A stretch of DNA of 64,000 nt from NCBI GenBank assembly GCA_964016885.1, contig OZ024744.1, positions 39,308,001 through 39,372,000 on the forward strand, written 5' to 3'. Shown piece after piece: positions 50,473-62,579 of this stretch. Source of the stretch: Eledone cirrhosa. Its lineage: Eukaryota. Numbering within the stretch: the first letter of the stretch is position 1; each line of letters opens with the position of its first letter. Under the pieces are notes generated by a model. The model searched no databases and had not been told where the DNA came from. It saw only the letters and a list, made by a program, of their open reading frames with translations. The position numbers and the translations under genes are program-made.

Positions 50473-50478
<6 letters not shown>
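50158..50478. mobile_element. pogo/Tigger-like DNA element fragment
   Basis: TA|CAGTGTACCCTTGGCATTCGCGG with repeated ATTCGCGG subterminal motifs; right end not found. Confidence 0.5.
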
Positions 50479-50502
<24 letters not shown>

Positions 50503-50503
<1 letters not shown>

Positions 50504-50831
50504 CATCATCATCATTTTACGTCCGCTTTTCCCTGCTTGCAAGGGTGGGACGGGAACTGATTCTGGCTTGATTTCTACAGCTGGATGCCCTTCCTAACAC
50601 CAACCTCATTTACAGTGAGTGCTGGGTGCTTTTTTGCCGTGGCACCTCCACGACCACTTTGCAGTGGAATGATAGGGAGCCCAGTCCCTATCATCTCATT
50701 CCTACAGCTGAGTAAACTGGAGCAATGTGAAATAAAGTGTCTTGCTCAAGGAAACAACACATCATCTGGTCTGAGAATTGAACTCACAACCTTTCGATTG
50801 CAAGGCCAATGCTCTAACCACTAAGACATGT
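50503..50831 (-). mobile_element. CORE-like SINE with RTE tail
   Basis: Reverse complement of 39476-39819. Confidence 0.85.
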
Positions 50832-50841
50832 GAAATGATAA

Positions 50842-51378
50842 ATGGAAAAAATGAAATTTCATTTCTCACTCTTAGTACGGCTGATACTTAAATATAAGTA
50901 TGTACACGTACATACATATATGTATACAGACGTACAGCAGCATGTATATATATACATACATGCACATATATATATATATATGTACGTATGGGTTTATCGA
51001 ACATTTATTATAATGTTCGGTTTGTAAACATACAGACTAACTCACTCGATATGCAAATTAGGCTGCTCAGCCGTTAATATGCATAAGGAAAGTATATACT
51101 TTCAAACGTTCAATCGACTGACAGGAAGGTATCCGGTGCTGATGACAGCTAATAAGCTAGAAACTAGTTCATCGTTCCTTTGTCAGTGTTGAACAAAAGG
51201 GCAACGATGGATGCCGAAGACTGTACGGCATAATTCAGGCTGTTTGTTTACAAACAAACCGAACATTATAATAAATGTTCGGTAAACCCATATGTACATA
51301 TATATATATGTGTGCATGTATGTATATATATACATACTATTGTACGTCTGTATACATATATGTATGTACGTATACATA

Positions 51379-51385
<7 letters not shown>
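50842..51385. mobile_element. second, diverged copy of the 13455-14300 retrozyme-like element (inverted partial plus sense monomer)
   Basis: 50842-51030 matches 13455-13650; about 51035-51385 matches 13945-14298. Confidence 0.85.
51134..51174 (+). ncRNA. minimal hammerhead ribozyme (covariant of 14037-14079)
   Basis: CGGTG-CTGATGA-c-AGCT-aata-AGCT-a-GAAA-CTAG-TT-CATCG; stem I changes are compensatory. Confidence 0.72.
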
Positions 51386-51427
<42 letters not shown>

Positions 51428-51431
<4 letters not shown>

Positions 51432-52780
51432 GCAGACGACCTGACACTCATAGCTGAATCAATGGCCGAGCTAGAGAAGAAATTCCAAACATGGAAGCAC
51501 GGCCTAGAATCAAAAGGCCTTAAAATTAACCTGGCTAAGACTAAAGTTCTAGTTTGTAGGAAAGAAAATAAGGCGGCGGTCCCTTCCGGGAAATGGCCAT
51601 GCTCAGTGTGTAGGAAAGGCGTAGGTAGAAACTCCATTTTATGTCCCAAATGCAAAGTATGGGTGCATAAAAGATGTAGTGGGATCACAGGTAAGCTAAC
51701 TAAGAACTTAGATTTTACATGTGGGCGGTGCTCTGGTGCAATAAGTAGCAGCGAGTGCCCACAAAATACTAACTCTTTCAATTGCGCAGAGGGCTCTATA
51801 GAAATAGTGGACAGCTTCCGTTACCTGGGTGACAAAATCAGCAGTGGGGGAGGGTGCTCCAAAAGTACAGTAGCTAGAGTCAGAACTGGATGGAAAAAGT
51901 TCAGAGAGCTTATACCACTATTAGCCGCTAAAGGGTTCTCCCTAAAAATGAAAGGCAGGTTGTATGATGCCTGCATACGAACAGCAATGTTGCATGGCAG
52001 TGAGACCTGGGCATTGTGCGCAGAGGATATATGCAGACTAGAGAGGAACGAAGCTTGCATACTCCGCTGGATGTGTAATAGTAATATACGTGAACGGCAA
52101 AGCATAAACGAACTAAGGAAAAAATTAGAAATAAGAGGGATCAGATGTTGTTTACTCGAGAGAAGGCTACGTTGGTACGGACACGTGATGCGCATGAAAG
52201 TCGATAGTTGTATAACAAAGTGCAGGGCAATAAAGATAGACGGTAGCCACGGAATAGGCAGACCTAGAAAATCCTGGGACGAGCTGATAAACTCCGACCT
52301 CACACACTTACACCTCTCCAAGACAATGTCACTGGACCGAGACCTTTGGCGGTACTCAGTAATAGAGAAGACCCGCCTTACCTAAATACATAGTAAAACC
52401 TACTACAGTCAGTAGGCATCTCTAACAAAATACACCCCCGTCCCACCACCCACACCCCCATCCACACCACCCCCTCCTATGTAAAGTTATGTTGTTGCCA
52501 CAACATCCAGGCCGAAACAAATGAGATCGTGTAGGTGTCACGACAAAAACACACACAGTCCACGCTGTAATGTGGCCGTGTAGGCAACACGGTAAAAACC
52601 TCCCAGTCCCACACTGTAAATGTGGTTGGTGTTAGCAAGGGCATCCAACTGTAGAAAACCTGCCAGACAGTCCTATGCGAGCAAGACAATCACTCTTGCC
52701 TCAAGTGGGAATACCCCCGTCCAAACCCATGCAAGCGTGGAACACGGACGTTAAACGTTAATGATGATGATGAATGATGA
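51428..52780 (+). mobile_element. RTE family A, 5'-truncated at YADD, frame open to 52385
   Basis: ORF 51312-52385, closely similar to 5062-6020; UTR and tail present. Confidence 0.95.
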
Positions 52781-53448
52781 TATATAATGAATATTATAAG
52801 AATACAGAAAATGTGAGCTGGATGAAACATACATTTTAATAAGATTAACAAATAATAAAATGAAATGAAATTATAATTTAGACATTTCATCATTTTTTAG
52901 AACATTCTAGGATACTACTGATAAACTGAACTGGATATATACACACATCATCATCATCATCATCATCATCCTTTAACGTCCTGTGATGATGATATATATA
53001 TGTGTATATATATATATTTTTTTTTTCATGTCACATGAAATACCTTGGCAGTATGAGTTTTAGATATTTTTTACTGCCAATATTTTTTATTCCATTAAAC
53101 TGGAGTAACTAATATCATACAATTTTTCCTTTTTATTTAAATTTTTGTTTCCTTTTTTTCCTTTTTATTTCTTGTATGTTTTTTTTTTTGTTCTATTTTT
53201 GTGAGCCTTGTTCTTGTTCCTGCTGCTGCTGCTGCTGCTGCTCTTGTTTTTGTTTCATCATCTTACATATACATACATACATACTGTGTTTTTTCAACCT
53301 AGATTCAAACGACCTCTTATCCCCCTGAGTCATCTAATTTAATCTGGTGCACCCTGTTAGTTATTTTTGTTGTTGTTATCTTTTTGCTGTATTAGAATTG
53401 GTTAGAAATGTTCCTTTTCTTCTATGTATTCAGTGTTACTGTTGTCGC

Positions 53449-53681
53449 GTTATTGGTGGTGGTGTTTGTGTTGTTATTGGTGGTGGTGTTTGTGTTGTTA
53501 TTGGTGGTGGTGTTTGTGTTGTTATTGGTGGTGGTGTTTGTGTTGTTATTGGTGGTGGTGTTTGTGTTGTTATTGGTGGTGGTGTTTGTGTTGTTATTGG
53601 TGGTGGTGTTTGTGTTGTTATTGGTGGTGGTGTTTGTGTTATTATTGGTGGTGGTGTTTGTGTTATTATTGGTGGTGGTAT
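53449..53681. repeat. 24-bp minisatellite (TATTGGTGGTGGTGTTTGTGTTGT)n, about 9.5 copies
   Basis: Direct observation. Confidence 0.95.
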
Positions 53682-54423
53682 TGTCATTACTGTTGATGTT
53701 TGTGTTAGCATTGTTAGTGCTTCTGGTGTTGCTGTTGTGGTTGTGGTTATTTAACACAGGTCAATCTTCATGGAGCTGATAAATACCAGATCTTCCCCAC
53801 TCCCCACCCCATCTGTAAAACAATCCCTGTGAAATTTGTCCCCTGCCTCTTTATTAATTAGAAGACAAAATAGAGTTACATAATATAATAGAATTATATT
53901 ATAATAGAATTATAGCTATATAAAAAAACATCTTGATTTCATAAAAGATGACAATTTATCTGTCCCATTTTCACTCTTTACAAACCCCACCCTATAAGAA
54001 ACACTGATTTAAGGCATTCTAATCATGACCATTCCATCTTACATTTCTTAGACATAGTGCTCTCATGATTTCATTGTTTAATGTAAAGTGATTTGTGTTA
54101 GGAAGGACATGTAGCTATAGAAGCCAGGTTAAAATATGGTACATGAGCAAAATTTGTCTCCCTGATCTGTCTAGTCTCAGACAGTGATGATCCATCCAAC
54201 CTATGTTAGCATGGAAAACATATATAAAATGATGATGATAATGATGTAGGGTATGATTTGAGGGAGATTTTTCTGGTATTCCTAGCTGGTACAACTACCA
54301 CATTGAGGCTTTGGGCAAGTTTATTACTATTGCTCAGTTTTTTTTTCCATGGCAATATCTAGATCTACATTATCTAATGTGTCCCGTCTTTGTGTGAAAC
54401 AGTAGGGGACAGATTTAAGGGAA

Positions 54424-55050
54424 TGTCTATGTGCTGAAAGAAGGTGTTCATAATAGAGAGCACATTACTAGAACAGAAATCTAATAAGGCCTCACCACTC
54501 CTTCCAATCCCTCCTTTCCATGTCAGGTGGCCAGTATCAACATGTGCATTGAAGTCTCCCTTTAAGATATATGACTCAGTTTTAATTACATCTAATGCTG
54601 CAGTGACATCATCAAGATAGGATCTGTATTTAGACTCTTTGTTTGGCACATAAACTTGCACCACCCACAGAGACCTATTTTCAGTTTTAGCTTCAAGAAG
54701 CAAATCTTTCCTCCTATTGAGATCCAGTTCATAACACATTCTGATAGCCAGGGGCTTATGAGTATCCCCACTCCCACCTGTGCAGTCATTTCTGGTGCCA
54801 CACCTAAATAGTGGAGTTTCCATGCTCTATTAAAATCTACAGTACCAGAGCCATCTATCCTCCTTCACTAGTTCTTGCTCCTTACCTGTAAGTGTTGTGA
54901 TCTTCCATGTTCCAATTTTTATAGTTTGCTCCCTCTTTGGAGTCTCAGGATATGTAGTCATTGTGCATCCATCCCACTCCTCTCAGGACAGGTCGCAGGC
55001 CCATTGCCAATTTTCACAGTATGAGATGAAGACTGCAATATATTTTTTTA
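54424..55050 (-). mobile_element. RTE-like APE endonuclease fragment without RT
   Basis: AQVGVGIL, VQVYVPN, GDFNAHV, LLDFCSSN.LSIMNTFFQH; homologous to 61207-61915. Confidence 0.8.
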
Positions 55051-55978
55051 ACATGCCTCTTTAACTAAGGCCTTGTTACCTCGTGTAAATTATGATGTGG
55101 CATGACTGCTTTTGTTGTGTCTCACCACATTTCAGTGCTTTTTAGTGGTCTTATTTGCACCAGTCACTAATATGGTACTTTTCTCAGATCTGTGAAGCAA
55201 ATTCTTGATTATTTTCAAAATTATTTGAAAATCACAGCCAGCAATTTTTATAGAAAATATGAGAGCAAAAGGGTTAATGATTAGAAGTGCTGCAAAATTG
55301 TGGTACGGTTTGAGCTTTCCCCCTTCAATAGGACTGCTAGCTGTTAAATATTCCTCTCCTTATTCTCTGGTCCTTTCTACATATATTCATGATGCAAATT
55401 TTTGAAATTTTTTTTTTTTGCTGTTTAGTCAGGGAAGGAAAGGCAATGTCCAGAACCCTTTTAAGGGCCTTTGTGACTGGTGAGATAAATGGAGGAAACT
55501 ATTCTTAATATGTTTTATACCAAACTGGTCCTGGTTCTGACACAGATCTCTTCATATTAAAGTGTTTATCTCAAAACCTTCCATCATAAAGTTTTGTAAG
55601 AACATTTGTTATGCTCCAAGTACCAACTTAATAATGAAAACTTACTTATTCTCTTCAAATTCTTGATTATTTTCAAAACTATTTGAAAACTATGGTTTTC
55701 ATTAGAAATCTAACAGAGTGGAATCCACTAAATTCACTCAAGGGCCAGGTGGTGGTGTTAAACTGGGAAAAGGGATCAAGTTTAGAGTAAGATTTGAACC
55801 CAATATAAAATGCAGTATAAAATAGCAAAGGCATTTCATCAATTCTTCTAATAATTTTACCAAAGCCTTTACTCTATAACTGCATATTTTCCCAATGATT
55901 TGTCATTCACTAGTAAAGGATACTATAAACATTGGAATAAAGGAACCTGTTTCTTTACAGCATGTTAAGAGAGATATA

Positions 55979-56287
55979 CAGTGGAACCTTGGTTCATGAA
56001 CAAATTGGTCCATAAAGAAATTTTTCGAACATAAAAAGTCTTGGTTCACGAATAGTATCTTGAGTAACCAAGATGCAAGCCAGCCACAACAGTTGGTAAC
56101 AAGCTTGGAATATCAGCAGAAAAGCATCAATTGCTGTGTAGTTAGTTATTATGGTGATATCTATCTGTCTTACACAGTCTCTCTCTCTCACTGTATTTCT
56201 CTCTCAACATTTTGTATGGGAAACAGTTTTGGTTTATGAACATTTTGGGTGACAAAAGGCTTTCAGGAATTAAGTTCATGAACTGCA
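55979..56287. mobile_element. Tigger/MER44-like MITE, degenerate
   Basis: TA|CAGTGGAACCTTGGTTCATGAAC...GTTCATGAAC with repeated TTGGTTCA.GAA motifs. Confidence 0.5.
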
Positions 56288-56664
56288 ATTGATGAAACGT
56301 TTAGGTTAAAATTGAATTTTGCTTATTAATTAAATAGAAATAATCATATGGCTGATTCAAGTGTTACATAGTTTCTGTAATATAAATACTTATTACCACA
56401 TTTGCCCTACAGGTTATCGACATATATACTAATAATCTTTAGGAACATGTGTGGTTTTGACTTGGTTGAAGCTGCATCCTGTGGGTGTGTGGGCGGGGGC
56501 GGGGGAGGGGGTATTATTTTAGAGCTAACATATACTTTAAACTAAATGTATATTTAGGTATCAAAAGAAATCAATTCATATTCTCTGTTGTGTGTTAAAT
56601 AACTTTTATTTTATATTTTTAAATATCTATGGATATATAGCTATCTGGAATAAATCATCTGGTA

Positions 56665-56700
<36 letters not shown>

Positions 56701-56996
56701 CTATACTGCCTTACATAATCAAGGAGGGTGGAGTGCACCAATTTCTGCCAAACTACCACATTTGTGAAATTTCAAAAATTATGTACAGTAGTCACGTGAC
56801 ATAAACATTAATTTTTGAGAACGTTTCATCTGTATTCTGTCAGCAATATAAATAGACCTACCTACATGAGTACTAACTTAAGTTTGACATGTGTTACATA
56901 TGAACCAACCTGCCAAAGTCCCCTGAAGTGTTTTCAGCTACAAAAATGAATTAACCCCCCCCCCCCCCCCCCCCCACACACACACATCATCACTAT

Positions 56997-57339
56997 CATC
57001 ATCATCATCATCATCATTTTACGTTCGCTTTTCCCTGCTTGTAAGGGTGGGACGGGAACTGATTCTGGCTTGATTTCTACAGCTGGATGCCCTTCCTAAC
57101 ACCAACCTCATTTACAGTGAATGCTGGGTGCTTTTTTGCCATGGCACCCCCACGACCACTTTGCAGTGGAATGATATGGACCCCAGTCCCTATCATCTCA
57201 TTTCTACACCTGAGTAAACTGGAGCAATGTGAAATAAAGTGTCTTGCTCAAGGAAATAACACATCACCCAGTCTGAGAATTGAACTCACAACCTTTCGAT
57301 TGCAAGGCCAATGCTCTAACCACTAAGCTATGTGCCTCC
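56997..57339 (-). mobile_element. CORE-like SINE with RTE tail
   Basis: Reverse complement of 39476-39819. Confidence 0.85.
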
Positions 57340-57385
57340 ATGGAGGCATAGAGATATATCATCATCCTCATTGAACATCTCTCTT

Positions 57386-57424
<39 letters not shown>

Positions 57425-57642
57425 ACATCTGTTAGTAAATATGAAGTCATAGTTCTACATATCCTTACTTTAATATACTAAATAATGACCATTATGTGTA
57501 TTTCAGAGGCATTAGACAAAGTTATGTCATCATCAAATAGGAAATAATGAGATATTGATATTGTGTTATATGTTGCAACTGAAACCATTACATTACTGAA
57601 GAATTAGGCTAGCCATTTAAACACGCACACACAATAGGCCAT

Positions 57643-57742
57643 TAGGTTAACTTTGCCTTTCATCCTCACGGGATCAATAAAATAAGGTACCAATAATGCA
57701 CTGGTATAATTGCTGGCCTTGTGCCAAAAGTAGAAACAATTA
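57643..57742 (+). mobile_element. MetaSINE-like SINE, 3' half
   Basis: Core and tail of the 12199 family. Confidence 0.75.
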
Positions 57743-58582
57743 TATTAAGCTTTGTTTTATTTCTTAATAGCATTGTATTACTATTTAATGTATAAAATGT
57801 TTCAAGATCCATGTTAACCATTTAACAATACAATGTTCCATAAGATCTTTCTATTTCTTAATAGCACTCGATGTATTGCTATAAAATAGTGTGAAATGTT
57901 GTCTTGTCACTCACATTATCTGACTTATAATTACTGACATGATTCAGTTGGCTGGTTAATTCCTTCATGCTGCCATTGAATTGTGTCAGTGATTATAGTT
58001 CAGCGATGTGTAACGAGACATTACTTTATGGTATTGTACATTACTTTATGGTAAGCGATTCATTTTAGTATTAAGAAATATAAGTATAGTGTGTTTTAAA
58101 ATAGTTAAAATGACTCTTCAATTATGTAATCGTTTGTGTGTGTGTGTTGAACATTCGTTGGTTCTACGATGAGTGCTCCAGTTGATTTGATCAACAGAAC
58201 AGCTTGCTCATGAAATTAATGTGCTAGGGCTTGAGCATTTTACAGACATGTAATTCTGTGGGAGATTCAGCATTACACTGTGTGAGACAAAGGTACATAA
58301 CTGAAGAGTGAGAATCAAACTCATGAATTTATGATCATGAGACAAACACTCTCTACACAAAACCAAGTGTAAATATGTATGTAAGTATGTTTTGTGACAA
58401 CTAGATGTCTGAAATTCTGTGTAAGAGCACATCTTTTTAAGAAAAATAATCATAAAACATGTAAACTTTGGTTAATAGATGGAAAAAATTTAAGAATACT
58501 GTATATCCCTAAGTACTGTAATAGACATAAGAAAAAGTTACTGATTAGAACAATAATTTATTTAGAGGGTAATTATTTAAAC

Positions 58583-58970
58583 CAGGGGTGGGCAAACTTT
58601 TTTGATCAGGGGCCACATTGACTGGGTCATGAACACCAGAGGGCCACACCATTTATTATTGGATATAGTGTGCCAGTAACCTTACTTTTCTTCAGTTAGA
58701 ATTTAGAAAATATAAAATATAAACTGCATCATTATAATACATAAATTAATAAAATGATTAAATACAAAAATCTTAAAACAGAGTTTTCTTTTAATTTGTG
58801 TCTGTATATCACAAAACATTATTAAGTATTATATACAACACATTAAGTATTATATATGAAAATTTGTAGATTTTAATTTCTTTTATTAATTCACCAAATG
58901 TTTCCACAAGCTGCACAAAACTCTTTGGTGGGTTGCATTTGGCCCATGGGCCGTAGTTTGCCCACCCCTC
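58583..58970. mobile_element. hAT (Charlie-like) MITE
   Basis: CAGGGGTGGGCAAAC...GTTTGCCCACCCCTC with 8-bp TSD ATTTAAAC. Confidence 0.88.
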
Positions 58971-59151
58971 ATTTAAACTATCACAGTATGTAGAAAAAAA
59001 TCACATTTTCTGAAGAAATAGAAAAAAGCAAATGTAAAAACACTATTTAATTTTCAGTTCTACGACTGTTTGATTATTATTGAATTAACTTTTGGAACCT
59101 TTAGATACATTTCTGACTGAATTAACATTCCCAGACATACTAGGTATTAAT

Positions 59152-59365
59152 CCTGTTATACATGTAACTACATACCATGGTGATCTTGTTATACATGTAA
59201 CTATATACCATGGTGATTCTGTTACACATGTAGCAACATATGTAGATTCTGTCACACATGTAACAACAATCTATGTTGATACTGTTACACATGTAACAAC
59301 ATACCATGGTGATCCTATTATACATGTAGCAACAATCTATGCTGGTCTCATGACATATGCAACTA
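59152..59365. repeat. ~30-33-bp degenerate minisatellite
   Basis: Repeated CTGTTA(T/C)ACATGTAAC.ACATACCATGGTGAT. Confidence 0.85.
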
Positions 59366-60034
59366 TAAAGCATGCTGAATCATTGTGACGTGGTGTAAAA
59401 AGAAATGAACTAACTAGACACTGGTATTTACCACACACTGTTAAACTCTTATTTAATTGTGTTAATGTGATGCTATGTCTCCTTTTTTAATGACTATTTA
59501 AAAGTATTAGATCTGTTTATCATTTGTAATAAATAATATTGGATTTGAACAATTATTGAATTTTCACTCCACAAAAAAACTTCCTCTTTTTGACCTGGAA
59601 AATAGTTTCAATTTTGGCAATGTAAGCTTTTTCACTTTATGAATGTAGAAACTAAGATGCACTCAGTTTTCAACCATTTTATATTTAATTTAACATTAAA
59701 AGATAACAAAAAACAGATATTCTATCATTTATTTTGGGTATTCTTAATGCGACAGTCTTCAAACAGAAAACTGCATGATGATAGCCAAAAGCAAACTAAC
59801 TAATGAGTCAGAAGATCACAATTACTATTTTCATGCAGAATAAATAAATAATAAATAAAAAATAAACTCTACTTAAATAAATTTATATTATTTGAATTGA
59901 AACTAATCTAAACTTCATTATCTATCTACTTATCTCTCTCATTCTCTCGCTATCTCTTTCCCTCTCTCTTGAGCAGGGAAACAGACATTAAATGATAATG
60001 ATATTAATTATGTTATATAATATTACATGGTTAA

Positions 60035-60672
60035 TGAAGTGATTCCAGATATAGAAAATGGTAAAGCTGTTAAATCATCAGAGTTAGTTGCTGAGATGCT
60101 GAAAATATCTGGTGAAATAGAACTTGAGCTATTCACCCACATAGTCAACATCTGGTGAAATAGAACTTCAGCTATTCACCGTCATAGTCAGAACATCTGG
60201 TGAAATAGAACTTCAGCTATTCACCCACATAGTCAACATCTGGTGAAATAGAACTTCAGCTATTCACCGTCATAGTCAGAACATCTGGTGAAATAGAACT
60301 TCAGCTATTCACCGAGATAGTCAACATCTGGTGAAATAGAACTTGAGCTATTCACCCACATAGTCAGAACATCTTTTGAAATAGAACTTCAGCTATTCAC
60401 CCACATAGTCAACATCTGGTGAAATAAAACTTCAGCTATTCACCCACATAGTCAACATCTGGTGAAATAGAACTTGAGCTATTTACTGACATAGTCATTC
60501 AACTAAATACACAATGGCTGGTGCAGCAAGCTGCATAATAATTGTTACCAGAAAAGAGGTGGTGCTCTAGAAAGGGGCAGCTAGAGAAGTATGAAATTGA
60601 TCAATCAAATTATGAATGTAACAGAAAGAAAAGGAGTTCAACTAATTAGAGAAAGAATCAGATTAGATATGG
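60035..60672 (+). mobile_element. old RTE RT fragment containing a 43-46-bp tandem expansion (about 60104-60497)
   Basis: GKAVKSSELVAEMLKISG is homologous to GKATGPSGIDAEMLKASG (46830-46890); about 9 repeats of AACATCTGGTGAAATAGAACTTCAGCTATTCACCCACATAGTC; homology resumes (GGALERG...KLI.QIM.VTER). Confidence 0.8.
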
Positions 60673-60936
60673 TGATCTCTAAAACAATAATTTCAAATAA
60701 TTTTGGAAATTGTCAAAAATTTGGAGGGATTTAGTAAAATAACTTTCTCATTATCAAATTGGCATTTGGAACATAACTCAACAAAGGTTCTTACATAAAA
60801 TTATGATGGTAGGTTTCTAAATAAATGATGATAATGATGAATGGTGATAAACACTTTCAAACATATTGTTTTGTAGAGTAGACTAATGAGAAGTTTTACA
60901 TCAAAATGGTTTTGAAAAAAAACAAACATTGTGTTA

Positions 60937-61135
60937 GTTCTTCTTCTTTTTTTCTTTTTTTTCTTTTTCTTTTTTTTCTTCTTCTTTTTTTTCTTTTTCT
61001 TCTTCATCTTCATCTCTTCTTCTTCTTCTTCTTCTTCTTCTTCTTCTTCTTCTTCTTCTTCTTCTTCTTCTTCTTCTTCTTCTTCTTCTTCTTCTTCTTC
61101 TTCTTCTTCTTCTTCTTCTTCTTCTTCTTCTTCTT

Positions 61136-61166
<31 letters not shown>

Positions 61167-61177
61167 TTATTATTATT
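60937..61177. repeat. (TTC)n trinucleotide tract with T-rich flank
   Basis: Direct observation; about 50 TTC units. Confidence 0.97.
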
Positions 61178-61206
61178 CCTGAGAGGGTCGTGGGGGCTGA
61201 GTTCTC

Positions 61207-61915
61207 AAAAATATATTGCATTCTCCAAATCATGTCGCAAAAACTGGCGGGCCTGCCACCTGTCCTGAGAGATGTGGGATAGACACACAAAGGTTGCGTA
61301 TCCCAAGATCCCAAAGAGAGTCTGGAAGGGAGCAAACCGTAACAGTTGGAACCTGGAACATCACAACCTTTATAGGTAAGGAGCAGTTACTAGTGGAAGA
61401 GGCTAAATGCTACCGGCTAAATATAGTCAGGGTTTCCTCAACAAAGTTCCATGGTTCTGATCCTGTAGATTTGGATGGAGGATGGGAAACTCTACTATTT
61501 AGGTGTGGCACCAGAAATGACTGCATAGGTGGTAGTGAGGATACTCACAAGCCCTGACTGTCAGAATGTGTTATGGACTGGATCTTGTTAGGAATAGGGG
61601 ATTTGCCCCTTGAAGCTTAGGCTGAAAGATAGGTCTCTGTGGGTGGTGCAAATTTATACCAAACAAGGAGTTCAAATACAGCTCCTTCCTTGATAAAGTC
61701 ACTGCAGTGTTAGATGTAGTTAAGACTGAGTCATATATCCTGATGGGAGATTTCAATGCACATGTTGGCACTGACCACCTGACATGGGAAGAAGGGATTG
61801 GAAGGAATGGTGACCTCAATCTAAATAAAAATGGAGAGGCCTTAGACTTCTGTTCTAGCAATGGACTCTCTATTATGAACACCTTCCAGCACAGAGACAT
61901 CCATAAATATACATA
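61207..61915 (+). mobile_element. RTE-like APE endonuclease fragment without RT
   Basis: TVGTWNITT, ILMGDFNAHVG, NGEALDFCSSNGLSIMNTFQHRDIHKYT. Confidence 0.85.
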
Positions 61916-62579
61916 GTTGTGTTAGTTACAAATATCATTATCGTTTTTATATCCATAATGAGTACATTAAAAGTTTTATGTCTGTCGGCATTTACGTGGT
62001 GCTTTTCTATTAGTGCTTTAAAAAACTTTGTGTAAATCACTCTAATATTTATACTAAATGTTTTATGGCCTGTTGTGTGTATATATATGTTGGCATGTGT
62101 GTTTATGCATAAGAATGTTATTCTGTAAGTAACTATGTATGTTTATTAAAAGTATTATAATCTAGTATGTGCGTGTATATATTGGCATTTGTATTGGTGT
62201 GTAAAAAAATAGCTCCTATAAGTTAACAATAAATATTTATATTAAAATCATTATGATCCTTTGTGTATGTTTGTGTGGTGTGTGTATGTGTATGTTGTGT
62301 GGTGTGTGTATGTATGTGTGGGTGTTTAAAATAATGTGGCTCATTGTGTGTGTGTGTGTGTTGGCATAAGATACATTGTGTAAATAACAATATATTAAAA
62401 GTATTGTTGAATAATTTTTGTAAATATTTCATTTATTTAAATTACTTTTTCAATATGACCAGCTATATTAATAGTTCTCCAGGAATAAACATTCTGATCC
62501 AAGGCATGTGTGCGTGTGTTGGTATTTGTGTAGGTGTCACAAAATGCATTTTATAAGTTCCTGTATATCATCATAATCA

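Noticed and set aside
53347-53779. Repetitive ORFs (IGGGVCVV, TQTPPPIT, CCYWWW)
   Set aside because: Translations of a 24-bp minisatellite open in several frames; no splice or homology support.
60801-61335. poly-R/S/F/K ORFs
   Set aside because: Translations of the (TTC)n tract.
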